Origin: Longimicrobiales bacterium
GTDB lineage: Bacteria; Gemmatimonadota; Gemmatimonadetes; Longimicrobiales; Gaopeijiaceae
NCBI GenBank assembly: GCA_965202805.1
Contig: OZ241869.1
Span: forward strand, 1,152,001 to 1,216,000
DNA: 64,000 nucleotides
Direction: 5' to 3'
Under the pieces are notes generated by a model. The model saw nothing but the letters and a program-made list of their open reading frames with translations, ran no database searches and was not told the DNA's origin. A program made the translations under genes and the position numbers. Positions within the stretch are counted from its first letter, which is position 1; each line of letters starts with the position of its first letter. Below, piece after piece: positions 39,946 to 50,890 of the stretch.

Positions 39946-41283
39946 TCAACCGGATGAAGGGACGACGTCCTCGGACACCGCCTGGGCGGCGACCTCCAGT
40001 ACCTCGATCCCGCGGGCCTGGAGGCGGCCCAGGGCCGACGCGGGAAGCCGCGCAGTCACCGTGAGCGCCGAGTCGTCCCGCATCGTCTTCACAACCTCAC
40101 CCTCCCGATAAAGCGCTGCAAGCGTGCCCCCGTCCGTCACCTTGAGCACTACCTGCACGCTGTGCAGCGCTGCCCGAATCCGGGCCAGGAGCACGTTTCG
40201 CAGCCGCTCGAGCGTCTTCGGCCGGCAGGCGGAGAGGAAGACGGCGGGGGTATGCTCGCGACCCCGCACGCGTTCCCTGAGCACCTCCTCTTCGCCGTGG
40301 GTGATGAGGTCGGTCTTGTTGAAGACGAGCACGCGGGGCGCGTCCAGCAGTTCTAGCTCTTCCAGCACCTCGTGCACCACGGCGAGCCGGCCCTCCCAGT
40401 CGCGTTCCGAAGCATCCACTACGTGCAGGATCAGATCCGCTTCCCGCGCCTCCTCGAGCGTCGACCGGAACGACGCGATGAGGTCGTGCGGGAGCTTGCG
40501 GATGAAGCCCACCGTGTCCGTGAGCAGCGCCTGGTGCCCCTCGCCCACGGGCACCACGCGGGTGGCGGAATCGAGGGTGGCGAAGAGCCGGTCCTCCACC
40601 AGCAGGTCGGCCCCCGAGAGTGCCTTCAGGAGCGACGACTTGCCGGCGTTGGTGTACCCGACGAGCGCCGCGCGGAAGGAGTTCGCGCGTCCCTTGCGCT
40701 GGGTGGCGCGCGACCGGGCGACGCCTTCCAGCTTGTGCTTCAGTTCCGCAATCCGGGTGCCGATCAGGCGCCGGTCGGTCTCGAGCTGGGTCTCGCCCGG
40801 CCCCCTGAGGCCGATCCCGCCCCGGATGCGCGAAAGGTGGCTCCACATGCGCTTCAGGCGTGGCAGCAGGTACTCGAGCTGCGCCAGTTCCACCTGCATG
40901 CGGGCTTCGCGAGTGCGCGCGCGCGTGGCGAAGATATCCAGGATGAGTTCGGCGCGGTCCATCACCCTGATCCCCAGGAAGTCCTCCAGATGGCGGGCCT
41001 GATCCGGCTTCAGCTCATCGTCGAAGATGACGAGGTCGGCCTCCGCGGCGCGCGCCGTCGAGCGCAGCTCGCGGACCTTCCCCTTGCCGACGTAGAAGTG
41101 AGGATGGGGACTGCGGATGCGCTGCTGCACCGTCCCCACGACATCCGCGCCGGCAGTATCCGCCAGGCGGGCGAGCTCCTCGAGGTGCTCGCGCGCGGTG
41201 GTCCGGCGCATGCGTCCCCGGGGCGCCCCGACCAGGATCGCGCGATCGATGGCGGGTCGGTTGTTGATGAATCGCTCAGGTAT
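39946..41283 (-). CDS. hflX: Ribosome-splitting GTPase HflX (probable ATA start)
   Basis: [31 protein letters not shown]; frame extends upstream of ATG 41211 to ATA 41283 behind GGAGGT. Confidence 0.95.
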   Translation of the reverse strand: MPERFINNRPAIDRAILVGAPRGRMRRTTAREHLEELARLADTAGADVVGTVQQRIRSPHPHFYVGKGKVRELRSTARAAEADLVIFDDELKPDQARHLEDFLGIRVMDRAELILDIFATRARTREARMQVELAQLEYLLPRLKRMWSHLSRIRGGIGLRGPGETQLETDRRLIGTRIAELKHKLEGVARSRATQRKGRANSFRAALVGYTNAGKSSLLKALSGADLLVEDRLFATLDSATRVVPVGEGHQALLTDTVGFIRKLPHDLIASFRSTLEEAREADLILHVVDASERDWEGRLAVVHEVLEELELLDAPRVLVFNKTDLITHGEEEVLRERVRGREHTPAVFLSACRPKTLERLRNVLLARIRAALHSVQVVLKVTDGGTLAALYREGEVVKTMRDDSALTVTARLPASALGRLQARGIEVLEVAAQAVSEDVVPSSG

Positions 41284-41388
41284 TGCGGTACCTCCGTGCG
41301 TGGCGAGCCTGTTCGAACTCGTTCCGCCTGCTTCCGCAGGCGTCGGGACGGGTCCCGGAGGTTGCAGGTTCAGGCATCCGGGTTTCGC

Positions 41389-42834
41389 CTACGTGGATGC
41401 GCCCGGGTGCGGTTTCGGGCTGCTTCCGTCACTCTGCGACGCGGTCCGGGCGCGCAGGGCCCGGAAGCGCTCGAGTCTCGCCGCGATATCGTGCTCCTCT
41501 CCCGCCGCGCCAGGGACGTAGAAGCGCCTCCCTTCGAGTTCGGCGGGCAGGTAGCTCTGGGCGGCGACGCCGTCCGGCGCATCCGGATCGTACTGATACC
41601 CGGCACCATACCCCAACTCCTTCATCATGTCGGTGGGCGCGTTGCGGAGATGCAGGGGCACCGGCGCGCCGGGCGTTTGCCGCGCCGCCTGCCCGGCGTC
41701 GAGCCACGCCCGGTAGACCCGATTCGACTTGGGCGCCGACGCCAGGTACGCCACCACTTCGGCGAGGGCCAGCTCCCCTTCGGGAGAGCCCAGAAAATGA
41801 AAGGCGTCACGTCCGGCGAGCGCTACGGGCAACGCTCCAGGGTCGGCGAGCCCGATGTCCTCGGAGGCCATGCGCACCAGTCGCCGCGCGATGTAGAGCG
41901 GGTCCTGCCCTCCCTGGAGCATGCGCGCGAGCCAGTAGAGGGCGGCGTCGGGGTCGCTGCCGCGCACCGCCTTGTGCAGCGCGGAGATGGTGTTGTAGTG
42001 CTCCTCGCCAGCCTTGTCGAAGTGCGGGAAGCGGTGCTGGGCCGCCTGGCGCGCGTGCTCCAGGGTGATGACGCGTTCCGGACCGGCCAGTTCGCTGGCC
42101 CGCTCCAGCACCCCGAGCGCGCGTCGCGCGTCGCCGTCGGCGCGTCCGGCGATCCAGTCCAGCACATCCGCGCCGGCGCCCTCCCGCGATCGTCCCAGAC
42201 CCCGCTCGCCATCCTCCAGCGCGCGTCCGAGGATGCCCGCAAGCTCCTCCACCGAAAGCGGTTCCAGGACGAACACCGGCGCCCGCGACAGCAGCGGCCG
42301 GATGACCTCGAAACTCGGGTTCTCGGTGGTGGCACCGACCAGAACCACGATCCCCTCCTCGACATAGGGGAGGAACGCGTCCTGCTGCGCCTTGTTGAAG
42401 CGGTGAATCTCGTCGCAGAAGAGGATCGTTCCGCGGCCGTTTGCGGCGATGCGCTCGCGCGCCTCGGCGATGATCGCGCGGACGCGCGCCACCCCCTCCG
42501 TCACCGCGGAGAACGCGACGAAGGCCGCATCGCCGCGGTGGGCAAGGAGCCGCGCCAGCGTGGTCTTGCCGCTCCCCGGAGGCCCCCAGAGGATCAGGCT
42601 CGAGAGAGCGCCCCCCTCGAGCATCCGCCTGAGCGGACTGCCGTCTTCCAGCAGCCGGGCCTGTCCCGCGAACTCGGCGAGCGTGCGCGGGCGCATGCGG
42701 GCCGCGAGGGGAGCCGCCGTGCCGTGAGGGGATGCCCGCTCGACATGTACGCCGTCCGCCGCCCGCCGCGCCCGGTCCGATCTGCCGGAGTCGCCCCCGG
42801 TTCCGACACCCCCGAAGAGCGTGGGCTCGTTCAC
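41389..42834 (-). CDS. rarA: Replication-associated recombination protein A
   Basis: PLAARMRP, WGPPGSGKTT, DEIHRFNKAQQD, GATTENPSF, ISALHK, VPLHLRNAPT. Confidence 0.96.
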   Translation of the reverse strand: MNEPTLFGGVGTGGDSGRSDRARRAADGVHVERASPHGTAAPLAARMRPRTLAEFAGQARLLEDGSPLRRMLEGGALSSLILWGPPGSGKTTLARLLAHRGDAAFVAFSAVTEGVARVRAIIAEARERIAANGRGTILFCDEIHRFNKAQQDAFLPYVEEGIVVLVGATTENPSFEVIRPLLSRAPVFVLEPLSVEELAGILGRALEDGERGLGRSREGAGADVLDWIAGRADGDARRALGVLERASELAGPERVITLEHARQAAQHRFPHFDKAGEEHYNTISALHKAVRGSDPDAALYWLARMLQGGQDPLYIARRLVRMASEDIGLADPGALPVALAGRDAFHFLGSPEGELALAEVVAYLASAPKSNRVYRAWLDAGQAARQTPGAPVPLHLRNAPTDMMKELGYGAGYQYDPDAPDGVAAQSYLPAELEGRRFYVPGAAGEEHDIAARLERFRALRARTASQSDGSSPKPHPGAST

Positions 42835-44198
42835 GCGGGCCTCCGCGGACTACCCGATGCCTGCGGCCGGGCATCGATGTAGAGCCGGGCCCGCCGAGCC
42901 AGAATCGAACGACGATTCAGCGCGGGATCCTCCAGAACCAGATCGAGGAGATGAGCGAGCACGGCGCCGAAACCGGGACCGGGCCGCATGCCCATCTCGA
43001 CGAGATCGTGCCCGCTCAGAGCCAGATCCGCCACCGTGAGCGGCGGATCCATCGCCAACTCCGCCCGCACCGCCTTCCAGCGGGACAGCACGGCGCGCTC
43101 CGGGCTCGGTGTCCCCCGAGCGGCCTCGAGGCGCGCACGGGCGATCCGGATGCGGAACAGGTCGCGGCGGTCGACGCGGCGGGTTTGGCGAAGCCAGCGT
43201 CGCAATGCCGGCCCGGAGTCGGGCTCGGGGCCGGACGCGACCGCCCGCACCAGCGCACTCACGCCCTCGGTCCTGGCGCGGGAATAGCGCAGCCGCTCCA
43301 TCAGCGCCGCCGCGCGCATCCCGCCGCGCTCCTCCGCGGGCAGCCCCTCGCCCACGCCCCGTGAGGGCAGGCCGATCCCGCCCAGGAGACCTGCCAGACG
43401 TGCCCATTCATGTCTCCTGGAGATGATGTCCACCATCTGCAGGGCGACGCTCCAGGTGTCGAGCCGGCCTTCCGCGCGCCGGCTCAGGCATCGCGCCAGC
43501 TCCGGGTAGAGGATCGGCAGAACGCCGGCCGCGGCGTAGAGGGAAAGCGCGCGCGACGGACGCGCGGAGTCGAGAATCTTCGTCAGCTCCTCCCGCACCC
43601 GCTCCGGAGAGAGGTCCGCCAGATGCTGCCTGTGCCCGCACAGTGCGGCCCAGGTGTCCGGCTCGATGGCGAGGGCAAAGCGTCCGGCGAAGCGCAGCGC
43701 GCGCAGGATGCGCAGGAAATCCTCGGTGAAGCGCGTCCGGGCGTCTCCGACCGTACGCAGAGTGCCGGCGGCGAGGTCGTTTGCGCCCTCGAAGGGATCG
43801 CGCATCTCGCGGCGCAGGGGATGCCAGGCGATGGCGTTGATCGTGAAATCCCGCCGCGCCAGATCCTCGTCGATGTCGTCGGCAAACTCCACCGTGGCTC
43901 TGCGCCCGAAAGTCTCCACGTCGCGCCGGAAGGTGGTGACCTCGTACATCCGCTCCCGGGTGAGAACCCCCATGGTTCCGTGTTCGACCCCGATCGGAAC
44001 CACCCTGCCGAACACCGCCCGCATCTGTTCCGGTCGGGCGCGCGTGGCCAGGTCCCAGTCGTCGTCGCCGGGCCGGCCCGCCAGCGCGTCCCGCACGATG
44101 CCCCCGACCGCCCACGTCTCGAACCCGGCCCGCTCGAGTTTCCGAATCACCCAGCGGACCGATTCGGGGGCGGCCGGCGGCTCCCTCGTGCCCTTCAC
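42831..44198 (-). CDS. cca: Class II tRNA nucleotidyltransferase (CCA-adding enzyme)
   Basis: VGGIVRD, DWDLAT, EVTTFR, DLARRDFTINA, EDFLRILRALRF, ERVREE. Confidence 0.9.
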   Translation of the reverse strand: MKGTREPPAAPESVRWVIRKLERAGFETWAVGGIVRDALAGRPGDDDWDLATRARPEQMRAVFGRVVPIGVEHGTMGVLTRERMYEVTTFRRDVETFGRRATVEFADDIDEDLARRDFTINAIAWHPLRREMRDPFEGANDLAAGTLRTVGDARTRFTEDFLRILRALRFAGRFALAIEPDTWAALCGHRQHLADLSPERVREELTKILDSARPSRALSLYAAAGVLPILYPELARCLSRRAEGRLDTWSVALQMVDIISRRHEWARLAGLLGGIGLPSRGVGEGLPAEERGGMRAAALMERLRYSRARTEGVSALVRAVASGPEPDSGPALRRWLRQTRRVDRRDLFRIRIARARLEAARGTPSPERAVLSRWKAVRAELAMDPPLTVADLALSGHDLVEMGMRPGPGFGAVLAHLLDLVLEDPALNRRSILARRARLYIDARPQASGSPRRPA

Positions 44199-44488
44199 CG
44201 CCAGGCAGCCGCGCAGCGATCCAGAATCAAGTGCAGCCGGGAGGCGACGTCGGGTTCGTCGACGGCGGCTTCGCAGGCGTAGGTTAGAAACGCATCCGCC
44301 GCCAGGAGCCGAAAGGCCGCGCGCCGGTCGAGCCGCTTCGACACCTCGGCGTGGTCGAGCGCGGCGATGCCGAGGTCGGCGAGCCCGCCAACCGAAAACG
44401 GAAGCTCGTCGTCGACCGCGAGCCACTCCTTCAACCCGCTCGGTACGGGCGGACGGCGCGCAGCGAGCCAGGTGCCGAGCGCCGTCAC
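44195..44488 (-). CDS. Small hypothetical protein
   Basis: 4-bp overlaps with both alaS and cca; AFRLLAADAFLTYACEAA helix. Confidence 0.7.
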   Translation of the reverse strand: MTALGTWLAARRPPVPSGLKEWLAVDDELPFSVGGLADLGIAALDHAEVSKRLDRRAAFRLLAADAFLTYACEAAVDEPDVASRLHLILDRCAAAWR

Positions 44489-47178
44489 CGCGTGTCGCCG
44501 CGGCCGCCCACGGAGAGTTCGCGTACAACGCCTTCGCCCGCCGCGAGCGCCTCGTCCAGCCGGCTGGGGTCGGCGACGCCCGCCTGGGCCATGTGCGGGC
44601 GCCCGCCGCCGCGGCCCCCGACCACCGCCGCCACCCCCCGCACCACGTCGTCGGCCTTGATCCCCCGGCGGATGAGGGCGGCGCCGACGAAGCTGAACAG
44701 GGTCTGCTTGCCGCCGGGGAGTTCGGCGGCGACCACCGCCACCCCACCCGGTTCAGCGGCCAGGAAGTCGTCACCGTAGCTGCGCACCTCGTCCGCCCGG
44801 CGCGCCCGCAGCCGCACCGCCCGGTAGGCCGCCCGGAATGGGTCGCCGTCGCCGAGGTTGAGCTCACTGGCCACCACTATGGTCTCGCGCCCGCTCGCCG
44901 CCTTGCTCATCTCGTCCAGCAGCCGCTCGAGCTCCTTCTTCTCCTCGAGAAGCTGCTGCGTGCGCCGAACCACGTTATGCACCGGCGTCCGGAGGAGGCC
45001 GGAGACCTGCTCGAGCTCGGCCTCGATGTCCTGATAATGCTGGAGCGCGCCGGGCCCCGTAACCGCCTCGATGCGGCGCACGCCCGCCGCAACCCCGGCT
45101 TCGCTCACCACCTTGAAGAGCCCGACCTCCCCGGTATGGCGCAGGTGGGTGCCGCCGCACAGTTCGATGCTCACCCCGGGAATCGTGATCGTGCGCACGC
45201 GGTCGCCGTACTTCTCACCGAAGAGCGCCATCGCGCCCGCGGCGATCGCCTCGTCGTACGTGGACTCTCCCGCCTCGACGGGATGGTCGCGCCACACCGC
45301 CTCGTTGACGAAGGCCTCGACCTGCTCGATCTCCTCCGGCGCCATAGGCCCGGAGTGGGCGAAATCGAAGCGCAGGCGGTCGGGCGCCACCAGCGACCCC
45401 TGCTGGGTCGCGTGGTCCCCCAGCACCGACCGGAGCGCCGCGTGCAGAAGGTGGGTCGCGGTGTGGTTTCGCTCGGTGTCGTGCCGGACGTCCTCCGGGA
45501 CCTTAGCATGCACGGACAGCGGCCCACCGTCGAGCGGCGGAGGATCCCCCTGCAGCCGGCCGGCCAGCGCGGTCCGGCCCTCCACCCGCTCGACCCGCTC
45601 GACGGTGAGCTGCCACCCGTCACCCGTCACCGTTCCCCGATCGGATATCTGACCGCCGGCCTCGACGTAGAACGGGTTCTCGCGCAACTGCACGCCCCAT
45701 TCAGCGTCGCCTTCGCGCGCGGCGATGACCTCGGTGGCCACCCCGCGCCGGTCGTAACCGACGAACGCCTGTCGGGCGTCCTCGTCCAATACGCGCCATG
45801 GGCTCAGATCGGCGCTGACTGCTGGAATACCCGACCTGGCTCCTCCACGAAGGGCCGCCGCCGGCCGACTCCGCTCCCTCTGCCTCTCCAGCGCCGCCTC
45901 GAACCCCTCCACATCCACCGAATAGCCCCGCTCCCGCGCCATCACCTCGGTTAGGTCGAGCGGAAAGCCGAAGGTGTCGTACAGGCGGAAGGCGTCCTCC
46001 CCGCCGATCACGCCGCCCCGCACCCCGCCTCCTTCCGCCAGGATCGCCTCGAAGCGCTCCATGCCACCCTCGATGGTGGTCAGGAAGCGCTCTTCTTCCG
46101 CCCGCGTGATCGACCGGATGTGCTCCGCCCGCTCGACCAGCTCCGGGTAGGTCTCGCCCATGGCCGCGATGACCGCGTCGACCACCTCCACAACGGTGGG
46201 CTCGCGGCGGCCCAGCAGCCAGGCGTGCCGTACGCCCCTCCGCAGGATCCGGCGCAGCACGTAGCCCCGCCCCTCGTTGGACGGATAGACCCCGTCGGCG
46301 AGCAGGAAGGACACGGCGCGGCTGTGGTCGGCGAGCACCCGGTAGCTCACCCCTTCCGGCGCCTCCGGGTCGTACGCCCTTCCTACAGCCTCGGCCGCGC
46401 GTTCCAGCAGCGGCCGGAAGAGGTCGATGTGGTAGTTGGAGTCCACGCCCTGCAGCACCGTGGCCAGGCGCTCCAGCCCCGCCCCGGTGTCGATGGAGGG
46501 CGCCGGCAGCGGGTGCTGCACCCCGGCCTCGTCCCGGTTGAACTGCATGAACACGAGGTTCCACAACTCGAGGAACTCGCCGCGCTCGCCCTTCTCCTCG
46601 AACTCGTCGACCGGGAGGTCCACGCCCCGCTCCCGCTCCGGCCGGAGGTCGTAGTGCACCTCCGAACACGGCCCGCAGGGTCCCGTGTCGGCCATCTGCC
46701 AGAAGTTGTCCTTGTCGCCCAGCCGGTAGATGCGCGACCGCTCGAGGCCCGCCACCTCGTGCCACAACTCGGCGGCTTCGTCATCAGTATGGTGGACCGT
46801 CGCGTACAGCCGGTCGGGTTCCATGCCCAGTTCGACGGTCAGGAAGTCCCAGGCGTAGCGTATGGCCTCGCGCTTGAAATAGTCCCCGAACGAGAAGTTG
46901 CCGAGCATCTCGAAGAAGGTGTGGTGGCGCGCGGTCCGCCCCACCTCTTCCAGATCGTTGTGCTTTCCTCCCGCGCGCAGGCACTTCTGGGAGGTGACCG
47001 CGGTCCGGTGCGGCGCGGCCTCCTCCCCCAGGAACACGCCCTTGAACTGGACCATGCCCGCGTTGGTGAACAGCAGGCTGGGATCGTTCCCGGGAACCAG
47101 CGACGAACTGGATACTACGCCGTGTCCGCGCTCTGCGAAGAACCCCAGAAAGCGCCGGCGGATTTCAGCAGTTTCCAT
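44485..47178 (-). CDS. alaS: Alanine--tRNA ligase
   Basis: LLFTNAGM, HHTFFEMLGNFSFGDYFK, IDTGAGLER, HTATHLL, ELCGGTH, GGRGGG. Confidence 0.98.
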   Translation of the reverse strand: METAEIRRRFLGFFAERGHGVVSSSSLVPGNDPSLLFTNAGMVQFKGVFLGEEAAPHRTAVTSQKCLRAGGKHNDLEEVGRTARHHTFFEMLGNFSFGDYFKREAIRYAWDFLTVELGMEPDRLYATVHHTDDEAAELWHEVAGLERSRIYRLGDKDNFWQMADTGPCGPCSEVHYDLRPERERGVDLPVDEFEEKGERGEFLELWNLVFMQFNRDEAGVQHPLPAPSIDTGAGLERLATVLQGVDSNYHIDLFRPLLERAAEAVGRAYDPEAPEGVSYRVLADHSRAVSFLLADGVYPSNEGRGYVLRRILRRGVRHAWLLGRREPTVVEVVDAVIAAMGETYPELVERAEHIRSITRAEEERFLTTIEGGMERFEAILAEGGGVRGGVIGGEDAFRLYDTFGFPLDLTEVMARERGYSVDVEGFEAALERQRERSRPAAALRGGARSGIPAVSADLSPWRVLDEDARQAFVGYDRRGVATEVIAAREGDAEWGVQLRENPFYVEAGGQISDRGTVTGDGWQLTVERVERVEGRTALAGRLQGDPPPLDGGPLSVHAKVPEDVRHDTERNHTATHLLHAALRSVLGDHATQQGSLVAPDRLRFDFAHSGPMAPEEIEQVEAFVNEAVWRDHPVEAGESTYDEAIAAGAMALFGEKYGDRVRTITIPGVSIELCGGTHLRHTGEVGLFKVVSEAGVAAGVRRIEAVTGPGALQHYQDIEAELEQVSGLLRTPVHNVVRRTQQLLEEKKELERLLDEMSKAASGRETIVVASELNLGDGDPFRAAYRAVRLRARRADEVRSYGDDFLAAEPGGVAVVAAELPGGKQTLFSFVGAALIRRGIKADDVVRGVAAVVGGRGGGRPHMAQAGVADPSRLDEALAAGEGVVRELSVGGRGDTR

Positions 47179-47234
47179 CTGAAAAGGGCCAGGTGCGGGA
47201 AGGTGCCGCCGCCGGATACGGGACACCAGCCCCT

Positions 47235-47264
47235 AGAATAACGGCGCCCCGCAGCCGGGCTCAA
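47235..47264 (-). promoter_or_regulatory. Putative sigma70 promoter of alaS
   Basis: TTGAGC-18 nt-TATTCT. Confidence 0.45.
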
Positions 47265-47293
47265 TACGCGCCCCGGCTCGCTGCCGTCGGGTG

Positions 47294-48442
<1,149 letters not shown>

Positions 48443-48487
48443 CGCTGTATGTCTCCGTCGGTTTCAGTGAACGAGGAGGTGCAATCC

Positions 48488-48516
48488 AACATACGAGACC
48501 CGAACAGAAAGCGAAA
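48488..48516 (-). promoter_or_regulatory. Putative recA promoter with overlapping direct-repeat operator
   Basis: TTCGCT-16 nt-TATGTT on the minus strand; GAAC-N7-GAAA (48502-48516) overlaps the -35. Confidence 0.35.
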
Positions 48517-48683
48517 GGGGCTCGCGCGGCAGAAAGATAACGGGTCCCCGATGACACCTGGAATGTCTGTTCGGGACGATCGTGGACACCCCGTTGCGGA
48601 GCGACGGCTACTCCTGTTCTCTTTTTGGCGATGGCCTCGGCCAGCCCGGCTCGATATCGAAAACACCCGCTGGAGCTCTTCAT

Positions 48684-49496
48684 ATGACGACACCCAGGAC
48701 CCTGCTCCTATCGCTGCTCGCGGCCGCGCTCGCGGCACCGCCGGCAACCGCACAGAACATCCCCGACCACGCGGACTTCACCCGGCTCCTCGAGGCCATC
48801 GTCCGCACGCCGCGGGTGGACTACGCGGCTCTCCAGAACCGCAACGCGGACCTGGCCGCCTACCTCGACCAGCTCGCCGGCACCGATCCGGCGGCGCTCG
48901 AGTCGGCTTCCGGCGAAGTCCAGCTCGCGTTCTGGATCAACGCCTACAACGCCTGCATGCTGGACCGGGTGGCGACGAACTATCCGATCCGGAAGAACGC
49001 CGGTCTCGTGGGCTCGATCCGCAACGCGTTCGCCGACCGCCCCGACAACTCCGTCTGGCAGATCCGGGACGTCTTCACCGGCGCCTTCTGCGACGTCGCA
49101 GGAGCCACCCGCTCCCTCGACGAGATCGAGCACGAGATCATACGGCCCACCTGGGGTGAGCCGCGCATCCACTTCGCGGTCAACTGCGCCGCGCTGAGCT
49201 GTCCCCCGCTGGCGGCCGAGGCCTACGTACCCGAACGGCTCGAGGATCAGCTCGATCGAGCCGTGCGGGGACTGGTGGCGAATCCCGAGCACTTCCTCAT
49301 CGATCGCTCGGGGGACGGATCCCTCACGCTGAACCGGGTGCTGGACTGGTACGGCGGTGATTTCGGAGGAACGGAGGGCCTGCTCGACTTCCTTGCCCGA
49401 TACCTGTCCGAGGAGGATGCCGAATTCCTCCGGCGCCCGGGCGTCGAGGTGCGCTTCTTCGAATACGACTGGACGCTGAACGACCTCGATCCGTGA
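48684..49496 (+). CDS. DUF547 domain exported protein
   Basis: LAFWINAYNA, SLDEIEH, EPRIHFAVNCAALSCP, YDWTLN. Confidence 0.9.
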   Translation: MTTPRTLLLSLLAAALAAPPATAQNIPDHADFTRLLEAIVRTPRVDYAALQNRNADLAAYLDQLAGTDPAALESASGEVQLAFWINAYNACMLDRVATNYPIRKNAGLVGSIRNAFADRPDNSVWQIRDVFTGAFCDVAGATRSLDEIEHEIIRPTWGEPRIHFAVNCAALSCPPLAAEAYVPERLEDQLDRAVRGLVANPEHFLIDRSGDGSLTLNRVLDWYGGDFGGTEGLLDFLARYLSEEDAEFLRRPGVEVRFFEYDWTLNDLDP

Positions 49497-50212
49497 CTGG
49501 CGCCGCCCTGGGGGTGGTGATCCCGACGATCGACGAAGCGGGTCATCTGCCCGGACTGCTGGCGGATCTTGCCGACGTTCAGCTCCCGCTCCGCGTCGTC
49601 GTCTCCGATGGCGGTTCGGCCGATGACACCCTCGACCTGGCCCGCGCCGGAGGGGCCGTCTGCGTCTCCGGGCCCCGCGGGCGTGCCGCCCAGATGAATG
49701 CCGGGGCGCGCGCGCTCGACACCCCCTGGCTCCTCTTCCTGCACGCCGATTCCCGTCTCCCGCCCGTGTCCCGCTCGGCGCTCGTCTCCGCACTGCAGTC
49801 CCGCAACGGTCCGACGGCGGCCTATTTCCCGTTCCGTCTGCGCGGACGCGGCTGGTTCTGGCGCCTGGTGGAGACCGGGCAGCACGTGCGCGAGCACCTG
49901 ACCGGCCTCGTGTACGGCGACCAGGGTCTGCTGGTGCGGCGCGAGGTGTTCGAAGCGGTCGGCGGCTACCCCGAGCTGCCTCTCATGGAAGATGTGGAGA
50001 TGGTGCGCCGGCTGCGCCGCTCGGGCAGGATCGAACGCCTGCCCGGTCCTCTGGTGACCAGCCCCAGAACCTATCGGCGGCTCGGAAGATGGAAGGTCTG
50101 GCTGCGCAACGGGGCCGCCATCGCCCTGTATCTGGCCGGGGTCGCTCCCGAGCGCCTGGTGCGCTGGTATCCTGAACGCTTCCCGGTATCGGAGAACGGA
50201 CGGAACAGGTGA
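49493..50212 (+). CDS. GT2 glycosyltransferase, TIGR04283-like
   Basis: VIPT.DEA, DGGS.D.T, GRAAQMNAGA, LFLHAD, YGDQG, PLMEDV, TSPR. Confidence 0.88.
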   Translation: MTGAALGVVIPTIDEAGHLPGLLADLADVQLPLRVVVSDGGSADDTLDLARAGGAVCVSGPRGRAAQMNAGARALDTPWLLFLHADSRLPPVSRSALVSALQSRNGPTAAYFPFRLRGRGWFWRLVETGQHVREHLTGLVYGDQGLLVRREVFEAVGGYPELPLMEDVEMVRRLRRSGRIERLPGPLVTSPRTYRRLGRWKVWLRNGAAIALYLAGVAPERLVRWYPERFPVSENGRNR

Positions 50213-50823
50213 CGCGCGGCGTGGAGCGCACCCTGATCGCATTCGCGAAAGTGCCTCGGCCGGGGCGCGTCAAGACGCGGCTCGCCGCGGCCATCGGCGA
50301 CGCCGAAGCCGCGTCCCTGTACCGCGTCATGGGACGCCGGGTACTGGACGGCGTTCGTGGCGGGGATTATCGCATCGTCGTCTACATCGATCCCGCGAAT
50401 GAACTGGCGGCGGCGCGCGAGTGGCTGGGCGCGGCGGGCGTCGATTTCAGACCCCAGAAAGGCGATGACCTGGGCGAGCGCCTGGCCGACGCCTTCCGGC
50501 GGGAGTTCCGGCGCGCACGGCAGGTGTGCGCCATCGGCACCGACGCCCCCGCGGTGGACCGTCCGGTCATCGACCGGGCCTTCGCCGAACTCTCGACGAA
50601 GGATCTCGTGCTGGGGCCCGCGCTGGACGGCGGATACTACCTGATCGGCACGACCGGCTACCGGCCCGAACTCTTCCGCGAGGTGCCCTGGAGCACGGAG
50701 GAAGTCATGAGCGCGACGCTGGCCCGGGCGCGTGCCCTGAAGCTGCGCACGGCCGCCCTCGAGCCGTTGCCGGACATCGACACCGTCGAAGACCTGGAAC
50801 GGGCGGGCGTTTCCCCGATGTGA
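50209..50823 (+). CDS. GT-A glycosyltransferase, TIGR04282/DUF2064-like
   Basis: FAKVPRPGRVKTRL, GDDLGERL, IGTDAP, LGPALDGGYYLIG, DIDTVEDL. Confidence 0.88.
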   Translation: MTRGVERTLIAFAKVPRPGRVKTRLAAAIGDAEAASLYRVMGRRVLDGVRGGDYRIVVYIDPANELAAAREWLGAAGVDFRPQKGDDLGERLADAFRREFRRARQVCAIGTDAPAVDRPVIDRAFAELSTKDLVLGPALDGGYYLIGTTGYRPELFREVPWSTEEVMSATLARARALKLRTAALEPLPDIDTVEDLERAGVSPM

Positions 50824-50864
50824 CGAAGCCCGTCCCGGCGATGGTGGCCGGAACGGGCTTCGTC
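50822..50864. terminator. Hairpin between convergent genes (putative bidirectional terminator)
   Basis: GACGAAGCCCGT.CCGGC / GCCGG.ACGGGCTTCGTC inverted repeat. Confidence 0.7.
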
Positions 50865-50890
50865 GAACTTGCGCGAAACGCGCGAAGACG

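Noticed and set aside
41311..41324. GTTC-N6-GTTC between rarA and hflX as an SOS box
   Set aside because: Spacing differs from the recA candidate, and it lies downstream of rarA rather than in its promoter.
42831..44867. 678-aa extended CCA-adding enzyme
   Set aside because: The extension overlaps alaS and the small ORF in other frames; the GTG at 44198 gives a normal-length enzyme with a 4-bp overlap.
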